DNA of 64,000 nucleotides from Heterodontus francisci (taxonomy: Eukaryota). Below, piece by piece: positions 60,197 through 64,000 of the stretch (its first letter is position 1; every line of letters starts with the position of its first letter). A program made the position numbers and the translations under genes. Location: positions 44,011,404 through 44,075,403 of the forward strand of contig NC_090387.1 in assembly GCF_036365525.1 (NCBI RefSeq), given 5' to 3'. The notes beneath the pieces were generated by a model. That model saw only the letters and a list, made by a program, of their open reading frames with translations. It was not told the DNA's origin and ran no database searches.

Positions 60197-60203
60197 CAAG
60201 CAT
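60197..60203 (-). CDS. POP4: Candidate POP4 start-codon segment (ATGCTTG)
   Basis: tttgccATGCTTG|gtgagc: 7 nt, phase 1, joins the 59487 exon in frame (MLDIVYR). There is no CpG island here, so the true first exon may lie outside the window. Confidence 0.4.
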
Positions 60204-61769
60204 GGCAAACAACTCCTTTAATGCTCTGCTGCAGTATCTGAGCAAATCAATTCAAAGTTAAGGAGTGATTTAAAGCCTAATTTTATTACCTAATGAGTCT
60301 GTCATCAAATAAAAGTGTAAAGCACTAATTACAGAAAATAATTCCAGATAAATTAATTGTTGTTTTGTCCAGATTCAATCTATGGCTACATCAATTGTTG
60401 ACTGGACAGAGCCAGTTGGGTTTCGCCTACATCAGCACATTTTCTGGCTTTATTCTCCAAATGTAACAGTATGCATTTGAAGAACTTGAGATTTTTTGTA
60501 CACTTTATTAGACTAGTCAGATCTAAACCAGTTCAATTAAGAGTATGAAACAATAAGTGGTACACTTATTGGAACTAAATACAACAGCAATAGTTACCAC
60601 ATGGCTGCAGATGTCACTTATACCAGCCACTTTTAGAGAATTCTAGGAAATTAAAATGTTTTAAAAAGTAATGCTTTTAATGCATGAGTTTAGGTACTGG
60701 TATTCACAAACCCCAGCCAAAGTCAGAGAAAAATTGTTTGTGGGAAGGGATAAAGAGAATGGAAGAAAAAAATTAAATCAGCAGTTAAGAAAATTAAATA
60801 TAGACGAAGACGACAAGGGCATTATTCACGTTACATCATATGAATATGCATCATACAGATTATGCTTCAAACCCATTAAAGGAATATTTCTTCACAAATG
60901 AGCGCCTAAACAAAATCATCAATGATTTGAAAGAAAACCTCAGTCAAAATGAACCACACTATTACTCTTGCATTCAACACTGACATTTCTGACAGAATGA
61001 ATAAATGTAGGGGGAAGTCACAGAACTGTTTGTTTGATATCTCCAGCATTGGAATGGAGAAGCATGTCTACTTGATTAATTTGCTAGACATTTTCCTTGC
61101 ATTTTAATTAAAGAAAACCAGGTTTTCGTTGATCACTTACTTTAATTTCCTTCCGAGATTGAAATTCTCACAAAGCTGCAGATCCATAAAGTTAGGGGTA
61201 TACAGCTCTAAATGCAAATTTCTAACTGTACCATGAGCCTACGAGCAAAGTCTCTCCTAAAGCACCATAAATGCCAAAATATCATTAATGTTTGCTCTTA
61301 TTGGTAACTCAAAAACAAATGTCTAGATATGCCCCAAATTTTCAATATGGTAGTGAACTATAAACTGAGAACTGGTTTTCACCTGCATATTCCAAGGGAA
61401 ATAAGACGAATCCCTCACCACTTCTTCCTGCACTGTCCCCTTAATTAGCTATCATTACTGGATTATTGAATCTTTGGGTTTTCTTTTGCTGAGAAAGCAC
61501 TCATTGCTATGCCTTCATTTCAAAACAGACTGCATTGCCATAGCTCAGTCAACACCTGCCAACAACTAAATAAAACATTACAGCATGATGTTTTGCTCTA
61601 TTAGAAGGCCAAGAGTAGATCAGTGATTTGTTCCAATACCAGCACAGAACAAGCTGGCATGTTTCTTATAGTTAGAACAATGATTCAGTCACAAAATCAA
61701 AGCTCCAAAGTGGTGAAGGCTTATTTATAGAGTGAGAATATTTTAAAGATATATATTTTTATTTATTTT

Positions 61770-62101
61770 ATTTTGAGATACAGCACTAAAACAGGCCCTT
61801 CGGCCCACCGAGTCTGTGTCGACCATCAACCACCCATTTATATTAATCCTACAGTAATCCAATATTCCTACCCCATCCCCACCTTTCCTCAATTCCCTTA
61901 CCACCTACCAATACTAGGGGCAATTTATAATGGCCGATTTACTTATCAACCTGCAAGTCTTTGACTGTGGGAGGAAACCGGAGCACCCGACGAAAACCCA
62001 TGCGGTCACAGGGAGAACTTGCAAACTCCGCACAGGCAGTACCCAGAATTGAACCCGGGTCGCTGGAGCTGTGAGGCTGCGGTGCTAACCACTGTGCCAC
62101 C
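61770..62101 (-). mobile_element. tRNA-derived V-SINE (HE1-like)
   Basis: Near-identical to 56148-56490. Confidence 0.85.
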
Positions 62102-64000
62102 CATGCGAGAGAAAGTAAGTGATTGGATGAATAATGGATACAGATGTTATTTGGAATCAATTGTAATCCATGTATTTTTTTCTCAGTTAACATGCACAGT
62201 GTTGTGTTTTAAAGGTTATTCCACTTACAAGCACATGGCAAAAAAATTAACCAACTATAAATGCCACAGATTTTGGATAAAATTAACCATTTAACTGTAG
62301 ATTTCAGAGAAGGACACATTTTTTTTATTCTTTCATGGGATGTGGGTGTCGCTGGCCAGGCCAGAGGACAGGTAAGAGTCAACCACATTGCTGTGGGTCT
62401 GGAGTCACATGTAGGCCAGGCTGGGTAAGGACAGCAGATTTACTTCCATAAAGGGCATTAGTGAACCAAGTGGGGTTTTACAATAATCGATAATAGTAAT
62501 GGTGCCATGAAACTGAGACTAGCTTTCAATTCCAGATTTATAGAAATGAATTAATTTAATTTAAACTCCACTAACTGCTGTGGTGGGATTAGAATCTGTG
62601 CCCCCAAGGCATTAGCCAAGGCCTCTGGATTACTAGTTCAGTAACATTACCACTACACCACCATCTCCCAAGTATAAGTTGACTATTTGTGATGCAAAAC
62701 CAATTCCATACCTGTTTGGTCAAATCTAAACTGCCTGTTCTCCCTCTAAACATCTATGACCAATGCTGTGAAGCTATAGCTAAAGTGAATAGGGTTTAGA
62801 CTCAAAGTCATTTTGGTTCATAAGGAGGCCACTTAACCCATTCAGCCCATGCCAGTTCTAGGGTGTATTGACAGGATAAACCAATATAAAAAAGGTATCA
62901 TATAGTTAGGCCTCAATTAGAACATGCCCAGTTTTGGTCTCCTCACATTGCAGGGGATATTGAGGCTTTAGAAAGGGTACAGGAGAGCAACAAGATTAAT
63001 TCCCAGTTTTAAAAGCCTTAGTTACGCAGATAGGTTTCAACAAGCTGGGCCACTTCAGAAAAACATAGACTTGGGATGACGATCAAGGTTTGTAAAATAA
63101 GGCAGGGACTAGATTGTTTAGTTTAGTTTAGAGATACAGCATTGTGTTGAAGCAGACTAATTACTTCAATTGAATTGGCTGGAGAGAATTTCAAAGTAGA
63201 AGAGGTAGACGGGTTTAAGGAAAGAATTACAGAGCTTAGGGCCTAAGCAACTGAATGCCATCATTGGTGAAGTGAAGAAAATTGTAGATGTGCAATGGGA
63301 CCTAAAGGGCTACGGACCAACAGCTGGAAAGTGGGATTAGGCTGGATAGATATTTTTTGGCCGGCACAGACACGATGAGCCAAACAGCTTCCTTCTGTGC
63401 CGTAAATTTCTATGACTGATTCTATCTCAGAGGGTTGTAGGGATGGAAGCGGTCATAGGGATAGGGAGGGGCTAGGCCATGGAGAAATTTGAAAACAAGG
63501 ATGAGAATTATAAAAATCAAGGCATTGCTGGACTGGGAGCCAATATGTAAATCTGTCCTCTGTTTACCAACCCTCCTACCAATGGAATCAGTTTCTCGCT
63601 TTCTACAATATCAACATTCCTCATAATTTTGAACACCTTGATTAAATCTCATTTTAATCTCTCTGCTCTAAGGAGAACAATCCCAGTTTCCCTATTCTCT
63701 CCACATAACTAAAGTGTCACCTTGGTAAATCTCCTCTCCAAGGCATTGACGTTCTTCCTAAAGTGTGGTGCCTCCAGTTTTTCTTTACCTCTATTCAACC
63801 AGCCCTTTTTACAACTCTGAAAAAATGTGAGCAAGCTAAGATTTACACCGATCACCTCAATTGTGATCAGGCTATGATCAAATTAATTTATCTTAACTTG
63901 AAGCCTATAAATAATTTAAGAAACAGTAAGGTGAAGGGCCAATTGCAGCTGGAGCACAAAAGAGCACAAAAAAGACAATTTTAAAGGATATATTTGAAAC

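Overview
Vertebrate genomic DNA, almost certainly a cartilaginous fish (shark), judged from its repeats: HE1-like V-SINEs, SacSINE1/Deu-like SINEs, CR1/L2/RTE LINEs and Harbinger DNA transposons. Two spliced genes lie in tandem on the minus strand. (1) POP4 (RNase P/MRP subunit p29), coding exons from about 59487 down to 42895. (2) About 3.8 kb downstream of POP4, a 12-exon gene (39092 to 7354) that I assembled by hand through canonical GT-AG, phase-compatible junctions into one uninterrupted ORF of about 1290 aa. Its domain order is signal peptide - IgV - IgC1 - transmembrane helix - second, cytoplasmic IgC1-like domain lacking its F-strand Cys - CARD - NACHT/WHD/HD2 - RI-type LRRs. This predicts a single-pass, B7-H6/tapasin-like Ig receptor fused to a complete NOD/NLRC-type NLR, with a consensus IRF-E/ISRE 77 bp upstream of its ATG. 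This membrane-anchored Ig-NLR is the standout candidate for an undescribed immune signalling system. The single-transcript model is inferred from genomic sequence only and needs transcript confirmation. The rest of the window is intronic or intergenic and transposon-rich.
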